64,000 bases of DNA from positions 8,370,001-8,434,000 of the forward strand of contig OZ024742.1 in assembly GCA_964016885.1 (NCBI GenBank), written 5' to 3'. Shown here piece by piece: positions 1-12,000 of the stretch. The position numbers were made by a program, and so were the translations under genes. The stretch comes from Eledone cirrhosa. Lineage: Eukaryota. Each line of letters starts with the position of its first letter. Positions within the stretch are counted from its first letter, which is position 1. The notes beneath the pieces are model-generated. The model saw only the letters and a program-made list of their open reading frames with translations, was not told where the DNA came from and did no database searches.

Positions 1-3000
1 AGTGTGGTGTAGTAGTGTGGTGTAGTATGGTGGAGTGTGGTGTAGTATGGTGTAGTGTGGTGTAGTAGTGCGGTGTAGTATGGTGTAGTGTGGTGTAGTA
101 TGGTGTAGTGTGGTGTAGTAGTGCGGTGTAGTATGGTGTAGTGTGGTGTAGTAGTGCGGTGTAGTATGGTGTAGTGTGGTGTAGTATGGTGTAGTGTGGT
201 GTAGTAGTGTGGTGTAGTATGGTGTAGTGTGGTGTAGTAGTGTGGTGTAGTATGGTGTAGTGTGGTGTAGTAGTGTGGTGTAGTATGGTGTAGTGTGGTG
301 TAGTAGTGCGGTGTAGTATGGTGTAGTGTGGTGTAGTATGGTGTAGTGCGCTGTAGTATGGTGTAGCGTGGTGTAGTATGGTGTAGTGTGGTGTAGTAGT
401 ATGGTGTAGTGTGGTGTAGTATGGTGTAGTGTGGTGTAGTAGTGTGGTGTAGTATGGTGTAGTGTGGTGTAGTAGTGTGGTGTAGTATGGTGTAGTGTGG
501 TGTAGTAGTGTGGTGTAGTATGGTGTAGTAGTGCGGTGTAGTATGGTGTAGTGTGGTGTAGTATGGTGTAGTGTGGTGTAGTATAGTGTAGTGTGGTGTA
601 GTAGTGTGGTGTAGTATGGTGTAGTGTGGTGTAGTATGGTGTAGTGTGGTCTAGTGTAGTGTGGTGTAGTATGTTGTAGTGTGGTGTAGTGTGGTGTAGT
701 AGTGTGGTGTGGTATGGTGTAGTGTGGTGTAGTAGTGTGGTGTAGTATGGTGTAGTAGTGTGGTGTAGTGGTGTAGTATGGTGTAGTAGTGTGGTGTAGT
801 AGTGTGGTGTAGTATGGTGTAGTAGTGTGGTGTAGTAGTGTGGTGTAGTATGGTGTAGTGTGGTGTAGTAGTGTGGTGTAGTATGGTGTAGTGTGGTGTA
901 GTGTGGTGTAGTGTGGTGTAGTAGTGTGGTGTGGTATGGTGTAGTGTGGTTTAGTAGTGTGGTGTAGTATGTTGTAGTGTGGTGTAGTACGGTGTAGTGT
1001 GGTGTAGTAGTGTGGTGTGGTATGGTGTAGTGTGGTGTAGTAGTGTGGTGTAGTATGGTGTAGTAGTGTGGTGTAGTAGTGTGGTGTAGTATGGTGTAGT
1101 AGTGTGGTGTAGTAGTGTGGTGTAGTATGGTGTAGTGTGGTGTAGTACGGTGTAGTGTGGTGTAGTAGTGTGGAGTAGTATGGTGTAGTAGTGTGGTGTA
1201 GTATGGTGTAGTGTGGTGTAGTAGTGTGGTGTAGTGTGGTGTAGTAGTGTGGTGTAGTGTGGTGTAGTAGTGTGGTGTTGTATGGTGTAGTAGTGTGGTG
1301 TAGTGTGGTGTAGTATGGTGCAGTGTGGTGTAGTAGTGTGGTGTAGTGTGGTGTAGTAGTGTGGTGTAGTGTGGTGTAGTAGTGTGGTGTAGTATGGTGT
1401 AGTAGTGTGGTGTATTATGGCGTAGTGTGGTGTAGTATGGTGTAGTGTGGTGTAGTATGGTGTAGTGTGGTGTAGTATGGTGTAGTGTGGTGTAGTATGG
1501 TGTAGTGTGGTGTAGTAGTGTGGTGTAGTATGGTGTAGTGTGGTGTAGTATGGTGTAGTGTGGTGTAGTAGTGTGGTGTAGTATGGTGTAGTAGTGTGGT
1601 GTAGTAGTGTGGTGTAGTATGGTGTAGTGTGGTGTAGTATGGTGTAGTGTGGTGTAGTATGGTGTAGTGTGGTGTAGTAGTGTGGTGTAGTAGTGTGGTG
1701 TAGTATGGTGTAGTATGGTGTAGTGTGGTGTAGTAGTGTGGTGTAGTATGGTGTAGTGTGGTGTAGTATGGTGTAGTGTGGTGTAGTATGGTGTAATGTG
1801 GTGTAGTATGGTGTAGTGTGGTGTAGTGTGGTGTAGTAGTGTGGTGTAGTATGGTGTAGTGTGGTGTAGTGTGGTGTAGTAGTGTGGTGTAGTATGGTGT
1901 AGTGTGGTGTAGTATGGTGTAGTGTGGTGTAGTAGTGTGGTGTAGTATGGTGTAGTAGTGCGGTGTAGTATGGTGTAGTGTGGTGTAGTAGTGTGGTACG
2001 GTATGGTGTAGTGTGGTTTAGTAGTGTGGTGTAGTATGGTGCAGTGTGGTGTAGTATGGTGTAGTGAGGTGTAGTAGTGTGGTATAGTATGGTGTAGTGT
2101 GGTGTAGTAGTGTGGTGTAGTATGGTGTAGTGTGGTGTAGTAGTGTGGTGTAGTATGGTGTAGTGTGGTGTAGAATGGTGTAGTGTGGTGTAATATGGTG
2201 TAGTGTGGTGTAGTAGTGTGGTGTAGTATGGTGTAGTGTGGTGTAGTAGTGTGGTGTAGTAGTGGTGTGTAGTATGGTGTAGTACGGTGTAGTGTGGTGT
2301 AATAGTGTGGTGTAGTATAGTGTAGTAGTGTGGTGTAGTGTGGTGTAGTAGGGTGGTGTAGTAGTGTGGTGTAGTAGTGTGGTGTAGTGTGGTGTAGTAG
2401 TGTGGTGTAGTGTGGTGTAGTAGTGTGGTGTAGTAGTGTGGTGTAGTAGTGTGGTGTAGTGTGGTGTAGTAGTGTGGTGTAGTGTGGTGTAGTAGTGTGG
2501 TGTAGTAGTGTGGTGTAGTGTGGTGTAGTAGTGTGGTGTTGTATGGTGTAGTGTGGTGTAGTAGTATGGTGTAGTGTGGTGTAGTAGTGTGGTGTAGTAG
2601 TGTGGTGTTGTATGGTGTAGTGTGGTGTAGTAGTGTGGTGTAGTAGTGTGGTGTAGTGTGGTGTAGTAGTGTGGTGTAGTAGTGTGGTGTTGTATGGTGT
2701 AGTGTGGTGTAGTAGTGTGGTGTAGTAGTGTGGTGTAGTGTGGTGTAGTAGTGTGGTGTAGTAGTGTGGTGTAGTGGTGTGGTGTAGTAGTGTGGTGTAG
2801 TGTGGTGTAGTAGTGTGGTGTAGTAGTGTGGTGTAGTGTGGTGTAGTAGTGTGGTGTAGTAGTGTGGTGTAGTAGTGTGGTGTAGTGTGGTGTAGTAGTG
2901 TGGTGTAGTGTGGTGTAGTAGTGTGGTGTAGTAGTGTGGTGTAGTAGTGTGGTGTAGTGTGGTGTAGTAGTGTGGTGTAGTAGTGTGGTGTAGTAGTGTG

Positions 3001-6000
3001 GTGTAGTGTGGTGTAGTGTGGTGTAGTAGTGTGGTGTAGTAGTGTGGTGTTGTATGGTGTAGTGTGGTGTAGTAGTGTGGTGTAGTAGTGTGGTGTAGTG
3101 TGGTGTAGTAGTGTGGTGTAGTAGTGTGGTGTAGTGTGGTGTAGTATGGTGTAGTAGTGTGGTGTAGTAGTGTGGTGCAGTAGTGTGGTGTAGTGTGGTG
3201 TAGTAGTGTGGTGTACTGTGGTGTAGTATGGTGTAGTAGTGTGGTGTAGTATGGTGTAGTGTGGTGTAGTGTGGTGTAGTAGTGTGGTGTAGTAGTGTGG
3301 TGTAGTATGGTGTAGTGTGGTGTAGTGTGGTGTAGTAGTGTGGTGTAGTAGTGTGGTGTAGTGTGGTGTAGTAGTGTGGTGTAGTATGGTGTAGTGTGGT
3401 GTAGTACGGTGTAGTGTGGTGTAGTAGTGTGGTGTAGTGTGGTGTAGTAGTGTGGTGTATTATGGCGTAGTGTGGTGTAGTAGTGTGGTGTGGTGTAGTA
3501 GTGGTGTGTAGTATGGTGTAGTGTGGTGTAGTAGTGTGGTGTAGTATGGTGTAGTGTGGTGTAATAGGGTGGTGTAGCATGGTGTAGTGTGGTGTAGTAG
3601 TGTGGTGTATTATGGTGTAGTGTGGTGTAGTAGTGGTGTGTAGTATGGTGTAGTGTGGTGTAGTAGTGTGGTGTAGTATGGTGTAGTGTGGTGTAGTAGT
3701 GTGGTGTGGTGTAGTAGTGGTGTGTAGTATGGTGTAGTGTGGTGTAGTAGTGTGGTGTAGTATGGTGTAGTGTGGTGTAGTAGTGTGGTGTAGTATGGTG
3801 TAGTATGGTGTAGTAGTGTGGTGTAGCATGGTGTAGTGTGGTGTAGTATGGTGTAGTGTGGTGTAGTAGTGGTGTGTAGTATGGTGTAGTGTGGTGTAGT
3901 AGTGTGGTGTAGTATGGTGTAGTGTGGTGTAGTATGGTGTAGTGTGGTGTAGTATGGTGTAGTGTGGTGTAGTAGTGTGGTGTAGTATGGTGTAGTGTGG
4001 TGTAGTATGGTGTAGTGTGGTGTAGTAGTGTGGTGTAGTATGGTGTAGTAGTGTGGTGTAGTAGTGTGGTGTAGTATGGTGTAGTGTGGTGTAGTATGGT
4101 GGAGTGTGGTGTAATATGGTGTAGTGTGGTGTAGTAGTGTGGTGTAGTATGGTGTAGTGTGGTGTAGTATGGTGTAGTGTGGTGTAGTATGGTGTAGTGC
4201 GGTGTAGTAGTGTGGTGTAGTAGTGTGGTGTAGTATGGTGTAGTGTGGTGTAGTATGGTGTAGTGTGGTGTAGTAGTGTGGTGTAGCATGGTGTAGTGTG
4301 GTGTAGTATGGTGTAGTGTGGTGTAGTGTGGTGTAGTAGTGTGGTGTAGTATGGTGTAGTGTGGTGTAGTGTGGTGTAGTAGTGTGGTGTAGTATGGTGT
4401 AGTGTGGTGTAGTATGGTGTAGTGTGGTGTAGTAGTGTGGTGTAGTATGGTGTAGTAGTGCGGTGTAGTATGGTGTAGTGTGGTGTAGTAGTGTGGTGCG
4501 GTATGGTGTAGTGTGGTTTAGTAGTGTGGTGTAGTATGGTGCAGTGTGGTGTAGTATGGTGTAGTGTGGTGTAGTAGTGTGGTGTAGTATGGTGTAGTGT
4601 GGTGTAGTATGATGTAGTGTGGTGTAGTATGGTGTAGTGTGGTGTAGTAGTGTGGTGTAGTATGGTGTAGTGTGGTGTAGTATGGTGTAGTGTGGTGTAG
4701 TATGGTGTAGTGTGGTGTAGTAGTGTGGTGTAGTAGTGTGGTGTAGTATGGTGTAGTGTGGTGTAGTATGGTGTAGTGTGGTGTAGTAGTGTGGTGTAGC
4801 ATGGTGTAGTGTGGTGTAGTATGGTGTAGTGTGGTGTAGTGTGGTGTAGTAGTGTGGTGTAGTATGGTGTAGTAGTGTGGTGTAGTAGTGTGGTGTAGTA
4901 TGGTGTAGTGTGGTGTAGTATGGTGTAGTGTGGTGTAGTATGGTGTAGTGTGGTGTAGTAGTGTGGTGTAGTATGGTGTAGTGTGGTGTAGTATGGTGTA
5001 GTGTGGTGTAGTATGGTGTAGTGTGGTGTAGTAGTGTGGTGTAGTAGTGTGGTGTAGTATGGTGTAGTGTGGTGTAGTATGGTGTAGTGTGGTGTAGTAG
5101 TGTGGTGTAGCATGGTGTAGTGTGGTGTAGTATGGTGTAGTGTGGTGTAGTGTGGTGTAGTAGTGTGGTGTAGTATGGTGTAGTGTGGTGTAGTGTGGTG
5201 TAGTAGTGTGGTGTAGTATGGTGTATTGTGGTGTAGTATGGTGTAGTGTGGTGTAGTAGTGTGGTGTAGTATGGTGTAGTAGTGCGGTGTAGTATGGTGT
5301 AGTGTGGTGTAGTAGTGTGGTGCGGTATGGTGTAGTGTGGTTTAGTAGTGTGGTGTAGTATGGTGCAGTGTGGTGTAGTATGGTGTAGTGTGGTGTAGTA
5401 GTGTGGTGTAGTATGGTGTAGTGTGGTGTAGTATGATGTAGTGTGGTGTAGTAGTGTGGTGTGGTATGGTGTAGTGTGGTGTAGTAGTGTGGTGTAGTAT
5501 GGTGCAGTGTGGTGTAGTATGGTGTAGTGTGGTGTAGTAGTGTGGTGTAGTATGATGTAGTGTGGTGTAGTAGTTTGGTGTAGTATGGTGTAGTGTGGTG
5601 TAGTAGTGTGGTGTTGTATGGTGTAGTGTGGTGTAGTAGTGTGGTGTAGTAGTGTGGTGTAGTGTGGTGTAGTAGTGTGGTGTTGTATGGTGTAGTGTGG
5701 TGTAGTAGTGTGGTGTAGTAGTGTGGTGTAGTGTGGTGTAGTAGTGTGGTGTAGTAGTGTGGTGTAGTAGTGTGGTGTAGTAGTGTGGTGTAGTGTGGTG
5801 TAGTAGTGTGGTGTAGTAGTGTGGTGTAGTGTGGTGTAGTAGTGTGGTGTAGTAGTGTGGTGTAGTGTGGTGTAGTGTGGTGTAGTGTGGTGTAGTAGTG
5901 TGGTGTAGTAGTGTGGTGTAGTGTGGTGTAGTAGTGTGGTGTAGTGTGGTGTAGTATGGTGTAGTAGTGTGGTGTAGTATGGTGTAGTGTGGTGTAGTGT

Positions 6001-9000
6001 GGTGTAGTGTGGTGTAGTAGTGTGGTGTAGTAGTATGGTGTAGTGTGGTGTAGTAGTATGGTGTAGTAGTGTGGTGTAGTAGTATGGTGTAGTGTGGGGT
6101 AGTAGTGTGGTGTAGTATGGTGTAGTAGTGTGGTGTAGTAGTGTGGTGTAGTAGTGTGGTGTAGTAGTGTGGTGTAGTAGTGTGGTGTAGTAGTATGGTG
6201 TAGTGTGGTGTAGTAGTATGGTGTAGTATGGTGTAGTGTGGTGTAGTAGTGTGGTGTAGTAGCGTGGTGTAGTGTGGTGTAGTAGTGTGGTGTAGTAGTG
6301 TGGTGTAGTATGGTGTAGTGTGGTGTAGTATGGTGTAGTGTGGTGTAGTAGTGTGGTGTAGTATGGTGTAGTAGTGTGGTGTAATAGTGTGGTGTAGTAT
6401 GGTGTAGTGTGGTGTAGTATGGTGAAGTAGTGTGGTGTAGTATGGTGTAGTGTGGTGTTGTACTGTGGTGTAGTAGTATGGTGTAGTGTGGTGTAGTAGT
6501 GTGGTGTAGTAGTATGGTGTAGTGTGGTGTAGTAGTGTGGTGTAGTAGTGTGGTGTAGTATGGTGTAGTATGGTGCAGTGTGGTGTAGTATGGTGTAGTG
6601 TGGTGTAGTGTGGTGTAGTAGTATGGTGTAGTGTGGTGTAGTAGTATGGTGTAGTATGGTGTAGTAGTGTGGTGCAGTAGTGTGGTGTAGTAGTGTGGTG
6701 TAGTATGGTGTAGTGTGGTGTAGTGTGGTGTAGTAGTGTGGTGTAGTAGTATGGTGTAGTGTGGTGTAGTAGTGTGGTGTAGTATGGTGTAGTGTGGTGT
6801 AGTATGGTGTAGTGTGGTGTAGTAGTGTGGTGTAGTAGTATGGTGTAGTGTGGTGTAGTAGTGTGGTGTAGTATGGTGTAGTGTGGTGTAGTAGTGTGGT
6901 GTAGTAGTATGGTGTAGTGTGGTGTAGTAGTGTGGTGTAGTGTGGTGTAGTAGTGTGGTGTAGTAGTGTGGTATAGTATGGTGTAGTGTGGTGTAGTGTG
7001 GTGTAGTAGTGTGGTGTAGTAGTGTGGTGTAGTATGGTGTAGTGTGGTGTAGTAGTGTGGTGTAGTAGTATGGTGTAGTGTGGTGTAGTAGTGTGGTGTA
7101 GTATGGTGTAGTGTGGTGTAGTAGTGTGGTGTAGTAGTATGGTGTAGTGTGGTGTAGTAGTGTGGTGTAGTGTGGTGTAGTAGTGTGGAGTAGTAGTGTG
7201 GTGTAGTATGGTGTAGTGTGGTGTAGTGTGGTGTAGTAGTGTGGTGTAGTAGTGTGGTGTAGTATGGTGTAGTGTGGTGTAGTAGTGTGGTGTAGCAGTG
7301 TGGTGTAGTATGGTGTAGTATGGTGCAGTGTGGTGTAGTATGGTGTAGTGTGGTGTAGTGTGGTGTAGTAGTATGGTGTAGTGTGGTGTAGTAGTATGGT
7401 GTAGTATGGTGTAGTGTGGTGTAGTGTGGTGTAGTAGTGTGGTGTAGTATGGTGTAGTGTGGTGTAGCAGTGTGGTGTAGTATGGTGTAGTGTGGTGTAG
7501 TAGTGTAGTGTAGTAGTGTGGTGTAGTAGTGTGGTGTAGTATGGTGTAGTAAGGTTGCAGTGTGGTGTAGTATGGTGTAGTGTGGTGTAGTAGTATGGTG
7601 TAGTGTGGTGTAGTAGTATGGTGTAGTATGGTGTAGTGTGGTGTAGTAGTGTGGTGTAGTAGTATGGTGTAGTGTGGTGTAGTAGTGTGGTGTAGTATGG
7701 TGTAGTGTGGTGTAGTGTGGTGTAGTAGTGTGGTGTAGTAGTGTGGTGTAGTATGGTGTAGTGTGGTGTAGCAGTGTGGTGTAGTATGGTTTAGTGTGGT
7801 GTAGTAGTGTGGTGTAGCAGTGTGGTGTAGTATGGTGTAGTAGTGTGGTGTAGTAGTGTGGTGTAGTAGTGTGGTGTAGTAGTGTGGTGTAGTGTGGTGT
7901 AGTAGTATGGTGTAGTGTGGTGTAGTAGTATGGTGTAGTGTGGTGTAGTAGTATGGTGTAGTATGGTGTAGTGTGGTGTAGTAGTGTGGTTTAGTAGTAT
8001 GGTGTAGTGTGGTGTAGTAGTGTGGTGTAGTATGGTGTAGTGTGGTGTAGTAGTGTGGTGTAGCATCGTGTAGTGTGGTGTAGTAGTGTGGTGTATTATG
8101 GTGTAGTGTGGTGTAGTAGTGTGGTGTGGTGTAGTAGTGGTGTGTAGTATGGTGTAGTGTGGTGTAGTAGTGTGGTGTAGTATGGTGTAGTGTGGTGTAG
8201 TAGTGTGGTGTAGTATGGTGTAGTGTGGTGTAGTAGTGTGGTGTAGCATGGTGTAGTGTGGTGTAGTATGGTGTAGTGTGGTGTAGTAGTGGTGTGTAGT
8301 ATGGTGTAGTGTGGTATAGTAGTGTGGTGTAGTATGGTGTAGTGTGGTGTAGTATGGTGTAGTGTGGTGTAGTATGGTGTAGTGTGGTGTAGTAGTGTGG
8401 TGTAGTATGGTGTAGTGTGGTGTAGTATGGTGTAGTGTGGTGTAGTAGTGTGGTGTAGCATGGTGTAGTAGTGTGGTGTAGTAGTGTGGTGTAGTATGGT
8501 GTAGTGTGGTGTAGTATGGTGTAGTGTGGTGTAGTATGGTGTAGTGTGGTGTAGTGTGGTGTAGTATGGTGTAGTGTGGTGTAGTATGGTGTAGTGCGGT
8601 GTAGTATGGTGTAGTGTGGTGTAGTAGTGTGGTGTAGTAGTGTGGTGTAGTATGGTGTAGTGTGGTGTAGTATGGTGTAGTGTGGTGTAGTAGTGTGGTG
8701 TAGCATGGTGTAGTGTGGTGTAGTATGGTGTAGTGTTGTGTAGTGTGGTGTAGTAGTGTGGTGTAGTGTGGTGTAGTGTGGTGTAGTAGTGTGGTGTAGT
8801 ATGGTGTAGTGTGGTGTAGTATGGTGTAGTGTGGTGTAGTAGTGTGGTGTAGTATGGTGCAGTAGTGCGGTGTAGTATGGTGTAGTGTGGTGTAGTAGTG
8901 TGGTGCGGTATGGTGTAGTGTGGTTTAGTAGTGTGGTGTAGTATGGTGCAGTGTGGTGTAGTATGGTGTAGTGTGGTGTAGTAGTGTGGTGTAGTATGGT

Positions 9001-12000
9001 GTAGTGAGGTGTAGTATGATGTAGTGTGGTGTAGTAGTGTGGTGTGGTATGGTGTAGTGTGGTGTAGTAGTGTGGTGTAGTATGGTGCAGTGTGGTGTAG
9101 TATGGTGTAGTGTGGTGTAGTAGTGTGGTGTAGTATGATATAGTGTGGTGTAGTAGTGTGGTGTAGTATGGTGTAGTGTGGTGTAGTAGTGTGGTGTAGT
9201 ATGGTGTAGTGTGGTGTAATATGGTGTAGTGTGGTGTAGTAGTGTGGTGTAGTATGGTGTAGTGTGGTGTAGTAGTGTGGTGTAGTAGTGGTGTGTAGTA
9301 TGGTGTAGTACGGTGTAGTGTGGTGTAATAGTGTGGTGTAGTATTGTGTAGTAGTGTGGTGTAGTGTGGTGTAGTAGTGTGGTGTAGTAGTGTTTTGTAG
9401 TAGTGTGGTGTAGTGTGGTGTAGTAGTGTGGTGTAGTAGTGTGGTGTAGTGTGGTGTAGTAGTGTGGTGTAGTAGTGTGGTGTTGTATGGTGTAGTGTGG
9501 TGTAGTAGTGTGGTGTAGTAGTGTGGTGTAGTGTGGTGTAGTAGTGTGGTGTAGTAGTGTGGTGTTGTATGGTGTAGTGTGGTGTAGTAGTGTGGTGTAG
9601 TAGTGTGGTGTAGTGTGGTGTAGTAGTGTGGTGTAGTAGTGTGGTGTAGTAGTGTGGTGTAGTAGTGTGGTGTAGTGTGGTGTAGTAGTGTGGTGTAGTA
9701 GTGTGGTGTAGTGTGGTGTAGTAGTGTGGTGTAGTAGTGTGGTGTAGTAGTGTGGTGTAGTGTGGTGTAGTGTGGTGTAGTAGTGTGGTGTAGTAGTGTG
9801 CTGTAGTGTGGTGTAGTAGTGTGGTGTAGTGTGGTGTAGTATGGTGTAGTAGTGTGGTGTAGTATGGTGTAGTGTGGTGTAGTGTGGTGTAGTGTGGTGT
9901 AGTAGTGTGGTGTAGTAGTATGGTGTAGTGTGGTGTAGTAGTATGGTGTAGTAGTGTGGTGTAGTAGTATGGTGTAGTGTGGGGTAGTAGTGTGGTGTAG
10001 TATGGTGTAGTAGTGTGGTGTAGTAGTGTGGTGTAGTAGTGTGGTGTAGTATGGTGTAGTGTGGTGTAGTATGGTGTAGTGTGGTGTAGTAGTGTGGTGT
10101 AGTATGGTGTAGTAGTGTGGTGTAATAGTGTGGTGTAGTATGGTGTAGTGTGGTGTAGTATGGTGAAGTAGTGTGGTGTAGTATGGTGTAGTGTGGTGTA
10201 GTACTGTGGTGTAGTAGTATGGTGTAGTGTGGTGTAGTAGTGTGGTGTAGTAGTATGGTGTAGTGTGGTGTAGTAGTGTGGTGTAGTAGTGTGGTGTAGT
10301 ATGGTGTAGTATGGTGCAGTGTGGTGTAGTATGGTGTAGTGTGGTGTAGTATGGTGTAGTAGTATGGTGTAGTGTGGTGTAGTAGTATGGTGTAGTATGG
10401 TGTAGTAGTGTGGTGTAGTAGTGTGGTGTAGTAGTGTGGTGTAGTATGGTGTAGTGTGGTGTAGTATGGTGTAGTAGTGTGGTGTAGTAGTATGGTGTAG
10501 TGTGGTGTAGTAGTGTGGTGTAGTATGGTGTAGTGTGGTGTAGTATGGTGTAGTGTGGTGTAGTAGTGTGGTGTAGTAGTATGGTGTAGTGTGGTGTAGT
10601 AGTGTGGTGTAGTATGGTGTAGTGTGGTGTAGTAGTGTGGTGTAGTAGTGTGGTGTAGTAGTATGGTGTAGTGTGGTGTAGTAGTGTGGTGTAGTGTGGT
10701 GTAGTAGTGTGGTGTAGTAGTGTGGTGTAGTATGGTGTAGTGTGGTGTATTGTGGTGTAGTAGTGTGGTGTAGTAGTGTGGTGTAGTATGGTGTAGTGTG
10801 GTGTAGTAGTGTGGTGTAGTAGTATGGTGTAGTGTGGTGTAGTAGTGTGGTGTAGTATGGTGTAGTATGGTGTAGTATGGTGCAGTGTGGTGTAGTATGG
10901 TGTAGTGTGGTGTAGTGTGGTGTAGTAGTATGGTGTAGTGTGGTGTAGTAGTATGGTGTAGTATGGTGTAGTGTGGTGTAGTGTGGTGTAGTAGTGTGGT
11001 GTAGTAGTGTGGTGTAGTATGGTGTAGTGTGGTGTAGCAGTGTGGTGTAGTATGGTGTAGTGTGGTGTAGTAGTGTAGTGTAGTAGTGTGGTGTAGTAGT
11101 GTGGTGTAGTATGGTGTAGTAAGGTTGCAGTGTGGTGTAGTATGGTGTAGTGTGGTGTAGTAGTATGGTGTAGTGTGGTGTAGTAGTATGGTGTAGTATG
11201 GTGTAGTGTGGTGTAGTAGTGTGGTGTAGTAGTATGGTGTAGTGTGGTGTAGTGGTGTGGTGTAGTATGGTGTAGTGTGGTGTAGTGTGGTGTAGTAGTG
11301 TGGTGTAGTAGTGTGGTGTAGTATGGTGTAGTGTGGTGTAGCAGTGTGGTGTAGTATGGTTTAGTGTGGTGTAGTAGTGTGGTGTAGCAGTGTGGTGTAG
11401 TATGGTGTAGTAGTGTGGTGTAGTAGTGTGGTGTAGTAGTGTGGTGTAGTAGTGTGGTGTAGTGTGGTGTAGTAGTATGGTGTAGTGTGGTGTAGTAGTA
11501 TGGTGTAGTATGGTGTAGTATGGTGTAGTAGTATGGTGTAGTATGGTGTAGTGTGGTGTAGTAGTGTGGTTTAGTAGTATGGTGTAGTGTGGTGTAGTAG
11601 TGTGGTGTAGTATGGTGTAGTGTGGTGTAGTAGTGTGGTGTAGCATCGTGTAGTGTGGTGTAGTAGTGTGGTGTATTATGGTGTAGTGTGGTGTAGTAGT
11701 GTGGTGTGGTGTAGTAGTGGTGTGTAGTATGGTGTAGTGTGGTGTAGTAGTGTGGTGTAGTATGGTGTAGTGTGGTGTAGTAGTGTGGTGTGGTGTAGTA
11801 GTGGTGTGTAGTATGGTGTAGTGTGGTGTAGTAGTGTGGTGTAGTATGGTGTAGTGTGGTGTAGTAGTGTGGTGTAGCATGGTGTAGTGTGGTGTAGTAT
11901 GGTGTAGTGTGGTGTAGTAGTGGTGTGTAGTATGGTGTAGTGTGGTATAGTAGTGTGGTGTAGTATGGTGTAGTGTGGTGTAGTATGGTGTAGTGTGGTG